Below, one piece after another: positions 30,955 to 32,267 of a DNA stretch of 32,267 bases. The translations under genes were made by a program, and so were the position numbers. This DNA comes from Thraustochytrium aureum. Its lineage: Eukaryota. The notes under the pieces were generated by a model. That model was given only the letters and a program-made list of their open reading frames with translations, had not been told where the DNA came from and did not search any database. The stretch is taken from positions 113,001-145,267 of the forward strand of contig BLSG01000137.1 in assembly GCA_012862495.1 (NCBI GenBank). Direction: 5' to 3'. Position 1 is the first letter of the stretch; each line of letters opens with the position of its first letter.

Positions 30955-32267
30955 GCGGACGACTCGGTGTCGTCGCAAGACCTCTCGTTGCGCGCTCGCG
31001 CTGCTGCAGCTGCGTCGGCGGCAGCTCGCGCAGCGTCCCGCGCAGCGGCGCTTGAATCAACTGCGGAGACCTCTGCGTTTCCCACACGCGAGCAGTTGGA
31101 AATGTCGATTTCTGCCTACTTGGACCAGACCGACTCGGACGACGAAAGCGACTCGGCGGCCATGTCCCCTCCAAGAGACGCCGCACTAGGAGCGAGCGCA
31201 GTGGCCGTCCTGGACACGCCAACGTCTGTTGCGCGGTCCAGGGTGGACTCGATTGACGGGTGGGAGGGCCATTCAAAAGCTCCCGCATTCGCGACGCGCA
31301 AACCGCTCTCCGAGCTCGCCGCTTCGGTTCTTGCAGAGCTCGGGAGCGCGGCGGAGCACTTGGACGACTCTCTCGCAACTGGCTCCGAAGCCTCGTCGCT
31401 CCGCCAACACCCGCTCTCGCCCTCCTCCATGTCAAGTGCGGCCTCAGACCACGCCTCGGGCGAGGTGGAGACCTCGTTCGCTGAAAAGGGGAAGGGGCCT
31501 GTCAACTCCAAGACGGACGACCTGGTTGTGGAGGACGAGTCGTGGAAGGCAGACGCGCGATTCGCCTCTTGGATGCAACAAGTAGAGCAGGCGCTTGGGC
31601 CTCCGCAGCCCAACGTCGAGCCCCAACGGAGCTCTCCTGTGCGTGCGGAGGCGGCAACTGGATCGAACGACAGCGGAGGCGGCGGCGGCGGTAGCAGCGC
31701 GATCTCGAGTCCGACAAGCACCGAGCTTCGCGTCGTGGTCGAAGATGAGGACTGGAGGAACGATCCGCACCTAGCGTCTCTCGCCTCAACTTTTGACGTG
31801 CTGCTCGGGCCGCGGGCTGCCGTCCCACCGTCAGCGGGGCAAAGCCCTTCGGCGCAAAGCGTGGTGGCGTCAACCCAGTCCTCGCCGGCACCGTCGGAAC
31901 TGAGCTTTGGCACGCCCGTGTTGAACGAGAGGATTGCAGCCGTCCAGCGGCGGCTCGACTCGGTGGCCCGGCTCTCGGAGGACACTGGCCGCGAGAGCCA
32001 GGACGTGCCTCTGCTTAGCCACAGTGACTTGCTGGGGGCCAGCAATGGCACTCCTCGGCGCGGCGAGGGCGACAAGGGGAGCGCGAGTTCGGCGCCAGAG
32101 TCCTTCTTGGACGGCGCCGACCAGGACGCCAGCCAGCTCCTGCTTTCCGAGTCTGCGCTAGACCGCGACCCGGGCTCCCCCCTTGTGCAGCACCGCCTGT
32201 CGGGGGCCTCTTGGGCAACGACTAGTATTCAAGATGATGGAGCGAGCAGGGCAAGTGAGAAAAGCTC
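30955..32267 (+). CDS. Long Ser/Ala/acidic low-complexity ORF, partial at both ends (start in or near gap 30615-30952, runs off the window)
   Basis: My manual translation from gcg at 30955 has no stop for ~437 codons (ADDSVSSQDLSLRARAA...EQLEMSISAYLDQTDSDDE...LNERIAAVQRRLDSVARL...). It is absent from the ORF track because it has no stop in the window. Confidence 0.75.

Overview
Gene-dense, GC-rich, apparently intron-poor eukaryotic sequence. A protist, possibly a stramenopile such as a labyrinthulomycete, is my inference only. The assembly is draft quality: ten N-gaps total about 4.7 kb, and many single-base indels, mostly in short homopolymers, split otherwise conserved genes. Recognisable genes, left to right: LITAF-like protein (+), USP40-like deubiquitinase (+), SQ/TQ-rich protein with a UBA-like segment (-), C-terminal part of an S6K/SGK-type AGC kinase (-), METTL21-family methyltransferase (-), MORN-repeat protein (+), an unconventional myosin (-), chlorophyllase-like alpha/beta hydrolase (+), LEA_2/TMEM106-like membrane protein (-), short-type deoxyribose-phosphate aldolase (+), LRR protein (-), cytosolic isoleucyl-tRNA synthetase (+), and a long disordered ORF running off the right end (+). 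I see no CRISPR array, transposon, rRNA/tRNA or functionally coherent gene cluster, and no well-supported new multi-gene system. The best leads are: the myosin with a divergent SH1 region and a Zn-ribbon plus PX-like tail; a probable hidden gene at 1186-1536 that the ORF track misses; an 86-bp palindrome-rich tandem repeat; a convergent-gene junction centred on a TAG-loop hairpin; and two bacterial-looking enzymes.
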